Source of the DNA: Cycas panzhihuaensis | Taxonomy: Eukaryota; Plantae; Cycadophyta | Length of the DNA: 64,000 nucleotides | Assembly (NCBI GenBank): GCA_023213395.1 | Contig: CM041465.1 | Coordinates: 44,647,741 to 44,711,740 of the forward strand | Direction of reading: 5' to 3' | Part shown: one piece after another, positions 1-11,400 of the stretch | How positions within the stretch are numbered: position 1 is the stretch's first letter | How the letters are laid out: the number at the start of each line of letters is the position of its first letter | Translations under genes and position numbers: made by a program | The notes under the pieces: model-generated | The model's input: only the letters and a program-made list of their open reading frames with translations | Databases searched by the model: none | What the model was told of the DNA's origin: nothing

Positions 1-1034
1 ACTTTGTGCCAAAGCAAGTATATCAAAGACTTGTTAACAAAATTTCAAATGAAGGATTGCAATCCATGTACAACTCCCATGGAAGTGAATTGTAACTTTG
101 TCCCTACCAAGGAAGAGCCTCAAGTTAATGCCGCCATGTATAGACAACTTATTGGGAGTTTGATTTATCTCATTGCCACTAGACTTGACATCTCATACTT
201 TGTAAGTCTAGTATCAAGATACATGCGGGAGCCCAAAATAAAACATTGGAGAGCAATAAATAGAATATTGAGATACTTAAGAGGAACAATCAAATTGAAG
301 TTGGTATCTCCAAAGGAAGAATCACTTCAGCTAACATGATTTTGCAATTTAGACTGGGCAGGAGACAAAGAGCAAAGAAAGTCTACGAGTGGATATTGCT
401 TCTTCCTAGGCACTACACCAATCTCTTGTAGTAAAAAGCAAACAACAATAGCCCTACCATCAACAGAAGTTGAGTAGAAATCAACAATCAGTGCAGCTAT
501 TGAAGCAATTTGGCTAAGATAGCTTTTGACATATCTGAATCAACATCAACAAGGAACCAACAACACTGAATTGTGACAATCAAAGTTTAATCAAATTAAC
601 CAGGAATCCAGTTCTTCATGCTTGGACAAAGTACATTGAAGTTCATCATCATTTCATTTGAGAGAAAGTTCAAAGCAAGGAGATTGATCTGACCTACTGT
701 CCAACAGGAGAACAAGTGGTAGATATTTGACAAAACCACTTGGAAAAGACAAATTCCAAATCCTTATGGATAAGATAGGATTAAAGGGATAAAACATTAA
801 GAGAGGGTGTTAGAATGTAATGTTTTATCCTAGGAAGTCTAAAGGGGTAATAGACCTCTAAAAAATGTAACTTATAAATGTATGCAGGACATGTGTCTGA
901 CAAGTGTCATATTTTCATGTTACAGTTATAGTTTGTTTCTTGGGGGTTATAAAACCTAATTGTATATATTCAGGAGTTCACTCCTCAATAATCAATCAAG
1001 CATTTCTCTTCCATATCAAGGTTATTTCCTAACA
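1..1034 (+). mobile_element. Ty1/copia element A, 3' end (RT C-terminus, RNase H, PPT, 3' LTR 808-1034); truncated by window start
   Basis: ORF 4-339 carries YRQLIGSLIYL...TRLDI, followed by degenerate DWAGDKEQRKSTSGY and KYIEVHHHF motifs. PPT AAGAGAGGG at 799-807. LTR is TGTTAG...CTAACA. Closely resembles element 30340-35551. Confidence 0.92.
808..1034 (+). repeat. 3' LTR of copia element A
   Basis: Starts TGTTAG right after the PPT and ends CTAACA (6-bp terminal inverted repeat). Confidence 0.85.
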
Positions 1035-2488
1035 TGATGTAGGCTTTAGTTTTTTGGTAGTTTCCTTTAATTTTCTCATTTTTAGGACACTATGCAGGGA
1101 GCCTAATGAGAAGAAAATGAGAACATATTTTACACTTGAAGAGAGAAAAGTGTAAGAAATTTAGTGGTTTGATTGCCAATGTACATGCAAAATTTTGATC
1201 CAAGTGTTTGTTTTCCACATTAAAAAAGTTTTAGAAGTGTTTTTGTAAAACAAAACACTAAAAAAAAGGTGATTTTTAAAACCTTAGGTGTGGGGTTCAA
1301 ATATTGCACTTGGAATATTCGAAGAATATTTCCAAGTGCATAATTTGAAGTGTGAAAACTTTAGATCTTACAAAAACATTTTTTGATTGTCATTTATACG
1401 GTAGTTGGGCAACTATGATTCACAAATTTCGTTGAGATTTTTTATTCAATCACGGACTGTGGGTGAGGATCGAGCACAAAGTATGGAGGGATGACAGTCC
1501 ATGCTGAGTCATGAGCAGTGACTGGTAAGTATGCATGAGTCACACAACAAAGCAAAGAACTGGGAGCCACATGCCACGAGAAGAAGAGGTATGCCAAGAG
1601 ATGCCATGGGGGTGAAGATACGAGACATGAGCATTTGAGATGCATGGGATAGAGCCCAACACAAACTGTAGCACACAGACTAGCCACAGAATTCAGGCTT
1701 TAGGACAGAACTATGTAGGAAGAATGATATGCCAGCTTAGGTAAGAAGGCTTGCCATGGAATGAAGACTTGAAACAAAAATGTCGTACAACAATTCTTTT
1801 TTAATAAGATATTGAAAAAAAAAAATCAGTTCTCAAAAAATATTGTTAGTTCCATAATAAGGATGTGCTCATAAAATTGGGATTTTCCCCAATAATTGAA
1901 ATAAATAAGCTTTACAAATTTTCAAAAAAATTATTTTTAAAACTAGTGATAAGTGAGAAAAATTCCTCCTTGGGATTGCCTTTGTTTGGTGAAGGTCATC
2001 ACCTAAGAGTAATAAGCACCTCTCCTCCTATAAAGCCCAACTCCTAGCTCTGATACTGAATGTGAGAAGGAAGATCTAGTTAGGAGAAAGGAGGAAAAGA
2101 GAGATAAGCAATGCTACAAGATAACTAACAAACATGTACATTAAGCACAATAGAAATGGAGGAGGTAGAATTGTTCTACACTCCAATAATATTTAGCATT
2201 GAATAAGTAGTATAACAATACACTTATCTTCAACTATACTAGACAAGAGAGAATGGTCTCATTATGTAGATGAGAGAGATGCCCTTAGGGTCTTTGCATG
2301 CCAAACAAGTGTCGAACATGCATGGATAGATACATACTTACATTCGCCACTCAAAGAGCAGGGGAAAGGGGTCTTTGACCCTTAAGTTACAACTTAAGTT
2401 ACATCACTAGAAAAAGTGCACAATAGACATTCAATATAAAGTGTATAAATAATATATGACTTAATGATCAAGCATAAAAGTTCTAACA
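1035..2488 (-). mobile_element. 5' portion of a minus-strand LTR element (5' LTR ~2061-2488, PBS ~2047-2057, non-coding leader), host of element A
   Basis: GCTCTGATAC (reverse complement of the tRNA-iMet PBS) precedes TG at 2061, and the LTR ends TTCTAACA at 2488. Gypsy integrase tail sequence begins immediately afterwards. Confidence 0.6.
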
Positions 2489-2922
2489 AATTGAAGATGT
2501 GCTAGTAAGGACCTTATGTTATCCAACGAATATTCCCAAATGCTTTGGTTCAACTAAAGGAATTGGATGAACAAATACTATAAAAAATGGTCAATGGCAG
2601 TAGAGTGAAACCCTATCACCATTAGGATCTACTAATACTACCAAAGGAATCAATGATTGTACTATATATGTATTGCATGAAGTTGAGGAAAATCGAAATT
2701 GTCCCAGCATTAAGAAAATGGTTCCATCTTGATACATTAAAAGAAAACTACCAAAAAATTCAAAAAATGTGAAAAAACAACCCATAATTCATCATCAGAC
2801 ACTTATTGACACTAAAGAACCCATGAGAATCACATACATTAGTAATGAAGACCCTATAAAATTTTTAAAAACCGAATAAACAATGAAAAACCCACCGTTC
2901 AAGCAAAAACTGAATAACTGTC

Positions 2923-3240
2923 AAAGCATCCTAGTTGCATTTTGCCTGCATTTCGAGAAGCATCCCCAAAAGCATCTGTAAGTGTCCAAGAAACTAGTGC
3001 AGAAGCGTCCTATCAAGGAACATTTTTGCGAACAGTTCTGAGACGAAAAGCCCATAAAAATTGAAAATTCATGGAAGTTCTCATTTTTTTCATGTAGAGG
3101 AAGCATCCAGAGGAAAGCAACAAAAGTGTCCAATTGCAAAAGCATCCCAAATAAAAGCGTCCAATTGCAAAAGCATCCCAAACAAAAGCGTCCAAGTGTA
3201 GAAGCATTTGAACATAGAAGCATCTAGACAAGCGTCCCAC
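2923..3240 (+). repeat. Degenerate ~30-bp tandem repeats (AAAGCATCC.../AAAAGCGTCCAATTGC) between integrase and the 3' ORF
   Basis: Near-exact units such as AAAGCATCCCAAATAAAAGCGTCCAATTGC at 3139-3195. Confidence 0.75.
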
Positions 3241-3259
3241 TATTGGTAAGCTACCTATT

Positions 3260-4430
3260 GTGAAAATTCTAAAAATGAAGGTTGAAGTACAAGAACCCTA
3301 TTTGCCACAATTACAAAATGACTATGCTAGAATGCCAGATGAATTCAAGGTAGCAGTAATTAGCACCAAATGGAAATGTTATGTGTTGCTACCTCCTTTT
3401 TATTGGGACAACATGATAATGCAAAGCATCATTTTATTAGTGAAAGAATGCCTAAACAAAATTGAGATATCTATTGACCTAATTGAGAGAATCACAAAAC
3501 TATCTAATAGTGGAAGAATTCCAGTGGGAGAAAAGAGGATAGAAGTACATAGGGAAGAAGTTGTTTATGCATTATGTAGGGAGAATCCCATAACATATAT
3601 AGGAGGAATAAAAATTGATGACCTAGTGGACCTAGAGTTGAAGTGGTTAGCTAAAATTTATATTATCAAGTTTTTGGGAAAGAAAAAGTATACTTATTGT
3701 CCAATTGGCATCCTTCCTACCCTCCAAGAGGTATAAGAGCGTACAAAGTTAAAATGGAGTAAATATTTGGCAACTTCACTCCAAAATCAATTCTAGAAAA
3801 TAATGTGAATAGAGGCAACTTTCAAACATTCTTCACTATTGTTAGGGTTATTATTTACCCAAATTTCTATAGCTCGACCACCTAAAGCAGAGATCGAGGA
3901 TGGGTGGGGACTAATGCAATAATGGACAAGTTCATTTCTGATGGATATTGACTTGATGAAAACCAAATATTTTGTTGTTGCATCAATGAGACACATTGTG
4001 TTATGGCTTCATTGTACACACTCTACACATCCTCATTGCCTAAAGAAGAACACAAGGAAACAAACACGACAGGAAGTCATATTTGACACAAAATCTACAA
4101 AGGAGACCACTCCACCACAAACAATAGTAGGTGAGGGCACTTGCCAAGGTGTGGTAAGTATGGAAGATAAAATCCAACAAATAAAAGGATGGCTGGATGA
4201 ATTGTTGGAAACTTCGTGACAACAGAAAAAATAAATGGCACAACTTCAACAAGAATTAAAGGATAAGATGGTAGAGGTTGAATTTCTAACAAAAATAAAT
4301 GAAGATATGACTGAATTGGCACAACATAGAGATGCCTAGATTGGCAAGCTATAGGAATATCTCGTGAGAAGAGGTGGGGGAAGGAAACCCACAAAAAAAG
4401 ACAAAAAATCAAAATTTTTAGTGACATTGA
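3260..4430 (+). pseudogene. 3' extra (env-like position) ORF of gypsy element J, degenerate
   Basis: 158-aa ORF 3260-3736 plus downstream fragments with a coiled-coil-like tail. Homologous to the minus-strand relic at ~35750-36265 (WKCYVLLPPFYW vs WKKYVLFPPLYW). Confidence 0.6.
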
Positions 4431-5079
4431 GCAACGATGTTGAAAGAATTCTTAGACCCTTGGATAGATGTATGTAGTAGATTTTGATCCAGGACGCTTG
4501 GAATGGTTGAGGATCGGTTCCAGGGATAGTGGATGGTTGAAATCCTAGAATAAATCAAGTATTCTAGTAAAATCAAATGAAGGGACAACGAGTGAACGGT
4601 TCTAGGAAGGTTTTGGTTTGTAAGGGATGGTTACATATCATGATATGATGAGCAGTTATTATTCTTTATTCTTTCTTCTTTCTTAATTCTTTCTTTATTT
4701 CTTTCCTATTTATTCATTCTTTTTATGTACAAATAACAAGGAATGCATGGACGACAAATGTCCATCGTGCAGAACCCTTACTCATGTATTTATACTACAA
4801 TGATTCAATGAAATCAGACATTGAAGTCTTACATTCTTTGCTTTGCTCTCTTTATTTTGCTTACCTCTTGATGGTTATACACCGATTTTGGTATCAGGGC
4901 TATTTTGTGGGCTCTCTCGAATAGGCCAACACGTGCTCTACACCCTCCTATTCCAACGCTTCCACTAATATAACTGGCCTCTTCCTCAGTTCATTGTTTG
5001 CGTAGTGCGATAAGAATGTTTAGGGTGACGACAGGGGCTTGGCATTTTCCTTGGGTGGTGATAGGGGCTTATTTCAAAA

Positions 5080-7147
5080 CTCAATAGCTACTGGAGCAAC
5101 AAAACTGATGGTTGTTGAGGTGCATATGGTTGAACAAGCCTTGACTTGATGGCAAACATATAGCAAGCAACAACCAAATTTTACTTGGGAGGCTTTCAAA
5201 GTAGCCATTAAAGGGCATTTTTACCCACTTGGATATCTTGATAACCTCGCGAAACAATGGTTACATATCAAACAATTATCAAGACAAATAGTGTAGCAAT
5301 ATATTGGTGAATTCTTGAAGCTCTACATCAGGCTGGAAGTCAATGGCCCTGACCATCTCCTAAAACTCAAATTTATTGGAGGATTTTACTCACATTTACA
5401 ACAAGAGATGGAATTACTTGAAATACCAACCTCATAAGCAGCCTTCCAATTGGCTCTAAAAATAGAAGCCAAACTATGAAAACGACCCAAGCTGTTCATG
5501 GGTCCTGCCACCATAGCCTCTTCCTCTAAAACACAGCCATTGCCATGCATGCTGTAGTCAACAAACATAAAATATTGCTCTTTCCACAAGTGCACTGGAC
5601 ATACAGATGCTGGATGTAGGGCACAACAGAAAAGAACAGTTATGATAGAGCCACAAAGTGAACAAACATAGTTAAACGTCATCCCTCTCGCTAATCTAGA
5701 AATACACAATCCAAATTTAGTACTCATGGCTAAAGAGTACTTGACACAAGGACGAGAAAAGCTATTCACTCACAATTGCCAGATCAAAGATAGAATTGCA
5801 TTCTACATCATAGATAATGGTAGCATAAAAAAATTGATTTCAAAATCAATTGTACATACTCTATAGTTGCCCACTAAGCCACATCCGCGGCCATACACCC
5901 TTGGCTAGGTCTCTGCCAATGGACAACCAACAATCATCAACCACGTCTGCACAGTCACCTTTTCCATTTCACTGCTCATAGATACTATCAACTGCGATGT
6001 GACTCCAATGTACTGTATCGATTTATTTCTTGGTCGACCTTATCAGTATGATCATCTATCACTCTATGATGGGTACCTTAATATCTATACAATCCACAAG
6101 GATGGAAAGGGATACAAACAGACCACAACAACACCATCGCCAAGTGCTGTGACATTACTTTTAGGCAATCAAGCATCTAAGTTGGTTAGCACCTCCAAAT
6201 CCATGGCTCTTTGTATCATTCGTCAAGCAGAAAAGGGCAATTGTAACAAAATTTTGCCAACAGCAATAAAAACTATTCTAGATGCATATACCGATGTGTT
6301 TGCTAAGCCAAAGGGACTACCTCCATTTAGAGCAATTCAACACACCATTGATCTTTTGCCTGATGCAACATTACCTAATCAATCTCCATATCGAGCCACA
6401 TCTTTTACTAAAGCTAAGCTCAAAAGACAACTAACACAATTAATAGATGAAGGAAAAATCCAGCCTAGCTGCTCTCCTTACAAATCCCTAGTAGTTCTCA
6501 TACCTAAGAAAGATAATGATTGGTGACTATGTATTGACTATAGGGATCTCAATAAAGTAACAGTGAAAAACAGATACCCCTTGCCACGCATAGATGACTT
6601 GCTTGATCAACTTCAAGGAGCTAAATACTTCTCCAAAATTGATTTGGCCTCTGGCTACCATCAAGTCTGAATGGATGCTACGGATACTTGGAAGACAACA
6701 TTTAAAATACAACATGGCTTATATGAATGGCTTGTGATGCCCTTCGAACTTACAAAAGCCCCTGTTGCCTTCATGTGCCTCATCAACGACATCTTTCGCC
6801 CGCATCTTGGCAAATTCGTTATTGCTTATCTCGATGACATATTAATCTTCAACAAGACCTTACAGGACCATCAAAAACATGTTGACACTGTTTTGTCACT
6901 ATTATGCCAACATCAGTTAAGGACCAAGCTTAAGAACTACTCCTTTGGCCAAACAACGATCTCCTATCTTAGCTTTGTTATAAACAACCAAGGAATTCAA
7001 GTAGACCCAACAAAGGTCCAATTTATCAAGGATTGGCCAACTCCCAGCAATCTTACATAGCTCAAAAGCTTCTTGGGTAGTGTCAACTTCTATTGGAATT
7101 TCATTAAGCATTTTTCCAGCATTGTACACCCATTGAATGCTCTCAGA
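5080..7147 (+). pseudogene. gag-protease-RT of element B (degenerate)
   Basis: ORFs 5999-6526 and 6671-7060 (HGLYEWLVMPF, YLDDILIF), with in-frame stops. Confidence 0.9.
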
Positions 7148-8488
7148 TATTGGGCCGACAGATGTAAACTTAATATTAATTAATTGAGGCACTTATGATC
7201 TATAAATATAGATCAAAGTCCATTGTAATGTTACACACGATAGATTTGTAAAAATGTAATTACATTATTTCTATGGTGGGTTTTTCTGGAAAGGATTCCC
7301 ACATCAAATCTATCTGTTCCGCGTGCTGATTCTATTCGAGTCTATTATGTTCATAAACGATTTTGTGATCCTGTTTGTATATTAGTGTTTCCTAACATGG
7401 TATCAGAGCAATAAGAGGTGCACAATCAGGCGTATGTTGGGCGAATCGTTCGATCATTGGTTGCTAGGTCATGATGGCTCACCTTTTGAGGATCGACTCA
7501 TCCGACAACCGAAAGAACAAGCCACGGAGCTGCAATGATTGTGTGCAGATCCTGGAGCCTTCTATCTTTTGTTTTGCAGGGATTCTATGGCCTACGAAGA
7601 TGTGGGGACGAGTAGAAGGCATTGTTTTCATTTGTGCATGTGCTGGTGCCTGTATTTTCGAATATACAGCCCTGGTTACTCATTTGCTAGTCATTGATGC
7701 CTGTTTTGACCCTGCGAAAGGTGCTAGATTTGATTATTGGTGTGGCCACTAAGTTTGCAGTGAAACCATGGAGTTTGCAAGCCATTGATAAGCCTGTTGC
7801 AGCCCCTGGTACCAGAGTTGATGTTGGAGCTGCCTTTGTGAGCCATGGTGATTGTGTTTTGGAGTTGTGATTGCAGATCGGGTTGCGTGAAGAGATAGAG
7901 GCTGCCCGTGTAGGGAGAGATGCCATGTACGAAGCTGCAAACGTCGCCACTTCAGAGTTTCGCGCAGAGAAACTATTCGTATTTGTAGAGGGCCATTAAG
8001 ATTGCAGTTCGCGTGAAAAATATACAGTTGCAGAGGTCGCCGGAGAACGAAGGTTACATTCATGCATGAAATAACGGTAGTCGCGTTGAATGTTTCAGTT
8101 GCCATGTTAATCCCCGATTGAGTCGTGATGATAAGTGCAAATATATTAAATTGCGTTTTATGATATTAGGGTTGCGCAAGAGAAAATTACAGACTGTCGT
8201 GTATTAATACGACTAAAAATCAAAGGTATTTCAAATGGCCTATTTTTTAATTAAAGTTCGACGTTATATATTTAATCAAAATTGCCCGATTTTTCATCGC
8301 TATGTTATTATCCAGCCGCATTGATAAATATAGAGATCAGCATGTATTCATTAATTGCCCATTGTTGATATTTTTCAAATCGCCTGCAACATATATAGTT
8401 TGATCTGATTGGTCACCCAAATGTTTATTTCAATCCCCTCTTTGATATTTGACATATTTAATCAAATATATTTTGTTGCATCTAAGTT

Positions 8489-11400
8489 TGTTCGGGAACA
8501 TGAAATCATACACAAATGTTCCAATCCGCATAATCTTTAATCATACACAGCAAGCAAATAAGAGTACACATAGAAAACAGATGCACAGTCCACAGGATTT
8601 ACGTGGCAAAACCCTTTCGGGAAAAAACCCACCACAAAAGGACCCTTGATGGATTACATTGATTATTGCACAATTGATTGATACATTGAATACATAAGGG
8701 CTCAAGGCATTTATATTCTTCTAAGAGGTGTCACCCGATTAGGGTTGTGACCCTTCGAATAATTCGCACCTTTTTACTTAATGACTTTAGTTAAGCCACA
8801 TTAACATTAACTTAGTGGCTTAACAAACAACTGCCACTTTAACACCCCCCCTTAATGTGAATGTGGGGAGCCTGCCAACTGCAACAACTATGTTATCACG
8901 AAGGCTGGGACTATCCTGCAGCTTCTTTATCCTTGTTGATACATCCCCCCTCACAGATAACATTTGTGAGTCCTAGCTCGATACGCATCTTTGTGAATTG
9001 ATGTTCAGTGAGTGGTTTGGTGAACACGTCTACAAGCTGGAATTCACTCGGACAATAGTCAATTTGCAGCTTCCTTGACTTGATCTATTCACGAATGTAA
9101 TGGTGCTGAATCTCGATATGGTTCCTACGCACATGAAACTCTGGATTCTTCGACAGGCAAATGGTACTTTGATTATAAACAAAGATAATCGAATGTCCAT
9201 TTGAAACTCCAAAAAACTCGAAAAGACCTTGCAACCATACTGCTTCCTTCACACCAGCATTGAGTCCTTGATATTTTGCCTCTGTAGAAGATAGTGCCAC
9301 TTTCTGTTGCTTCTTTAACTACCATGAAACAAATCCATTACCAACACCAAACAGGTATCCAACAGTGGACTTCCAATCGTCAGAGTCTCCTCCCCAATCA
9401 ACATCCATGTAGCCATGTAACCTTACCTCTTCACCTTGACGGTATTCGAGACCAAGATTTATTGTCCCCTTCAAATACTTCAAAATCCACGTCGCTTCAA
9501 CCAAATGAGGCTCCTGAGGATTCTGCATGTAGCAGGAAACCAATCCAACAACGTATGCGATATTTGGCTTGGTATGAGTGAAATAGATCAGACTCCCTAC
9601 CAATTGGCGATACTTCATGCCATCTATAGAGGGTTTGGCCATATCCTTCTACTACTTTTCTCTTTTTACAGATGGTATTGCAACTGTTTTGCAATTCTGC
9701 ATTCCAAATTTCTCCAACAAGTTCTTCACATACTACAAGTGCAACAACACGATCTTGTCATCCATCTGCCTGATCTGAATGCCCAAGAAGTAGTGAAGTC
9801 TCTTGAGGTTTGTCATGTCAAATGAAGCTCCCATATTGGATTTGACTTTAGCAATAGCCTTGTCACAGTTACCGTCGATGATTAAATCATCCACATACAC
9901 CATGCAAGCAACTATTGAAGTCCCTCTTCTTTTAACATACAGGTTTGGGTCGAGTTCTAAAATCTCGAAATCTTCAGCTTTCAACTTAGCATCCGTTTTC
10001 TCATACTAAGCACGAGGTGCTTGTTTCAGGCCATAGATTGATTTCTTCAAATAGTAAACAAGATGCTCTTGCCCATCCTTAACGAATCCCAGAGGTTGCG
10101 ACATACATATTTCCTCCGTTAGATCTCCATTAAGGAATGCGGACTTGATGTCCATTTGGTGTAACTCCTAACCGTAAGCAACTGCTAAGGAAATGAGCAA
10201 TTGTACCATTGCCATTTTGGAGACTGGTGTAAATGTCTGCTCATAGTCAATTCCTTCTTTTGCTTGAATCCTTGAGCAACAAGTCTGGCCTTGTACTTGT
10301 CCATCTCTCCATCGGAGCGAAACTTCGTCTTATTGACCCACTTGCATCCAATAAGGTTCTTCGTTGGAGGGAGTGGAACCAAATCCCACGTATCATTCTT
10401 CATCAGAGAACCATACTCCTCCTCCATCGCAACTCTCCATCATGGATCTCCGTTTGCTTCATCGAACGAATTAGGATCATTGAGTCATGGTGTCCGCCAA
10501 GATGGCTCGATCGGCATGTTGACTTCTTGTTCTTCTATCATCAGTCAAGGTATGCATCGCCACACCGGAATCTTCAATAGTCTTCCTTGACCATAAAGGT
10601 ATAGAAGGATCCGTTGCTAGAGGTACTTCTTCTCGCGATGACTCCTCACTATTACTCGTCCCACTAGGTCCTACTTCCTTATGAATTCCAACGGCTGGCT
10701 TATCGTCCTCTTCGCCTAATGAACATGAGAATGGGAGTAGGGGGGTAAAAAGGCTCCTCTGATGATCTATTAGCATGATACGTCGATGACTCATCAAATT
10801 TTACATCCCGACTAACCATAATCTTCTTCCCCTATGGATCCCATAGTATGTAGGCTTTATTCTTAGTGCAATACCCCATGAATATGCACTTTAGACTCTT
10901 CTGATCCAGCTTCTTGCGGGTATCATCTAGGATGCGGGCGTATGAAATACACGCAAAAGTTCTTAAATGGCTAATGATAGGCTTCTGACCAGTCCATTTC
11001 TCTTCGGGGGTCATGCTGCGAACTGCTTGACTGGGTACCCAATTTAAAATATAAACAACAGTCGCCACAAATTCTGCCCAAAACTTCGGTGGCAGGTTTT
11101 TAGCGTGCAACATACACCTTGCCATCTCCATCATGGTATGATTTTTCCTTTCAGCAACTCTGTTTTGTTGTGGGGCATACGGGACTGTAAATTCCTGCTT
11201 TATACCATGATTGCGACATAACTGATTAAACGCATGTTTGTTGTATTCCTTGCTTTTATCACTTCTTAAAGATTTTATCTTCTTATCACATTCATTTTCC
11301 ACCATTGCTTTCCAGTCACGGAAGCGATCAAACACATATGACTTGTTCTTGAGAAAGTAGACCCAGGCCTTCCTAGTGTAATCATCTACAAACACAAGGG

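Noticed and set aside
7398-7409. tRNA gene
   Set aside because: TGGTATCAGAGC is only the primer-binding site complementary to the tRNA-iMet 3' end.
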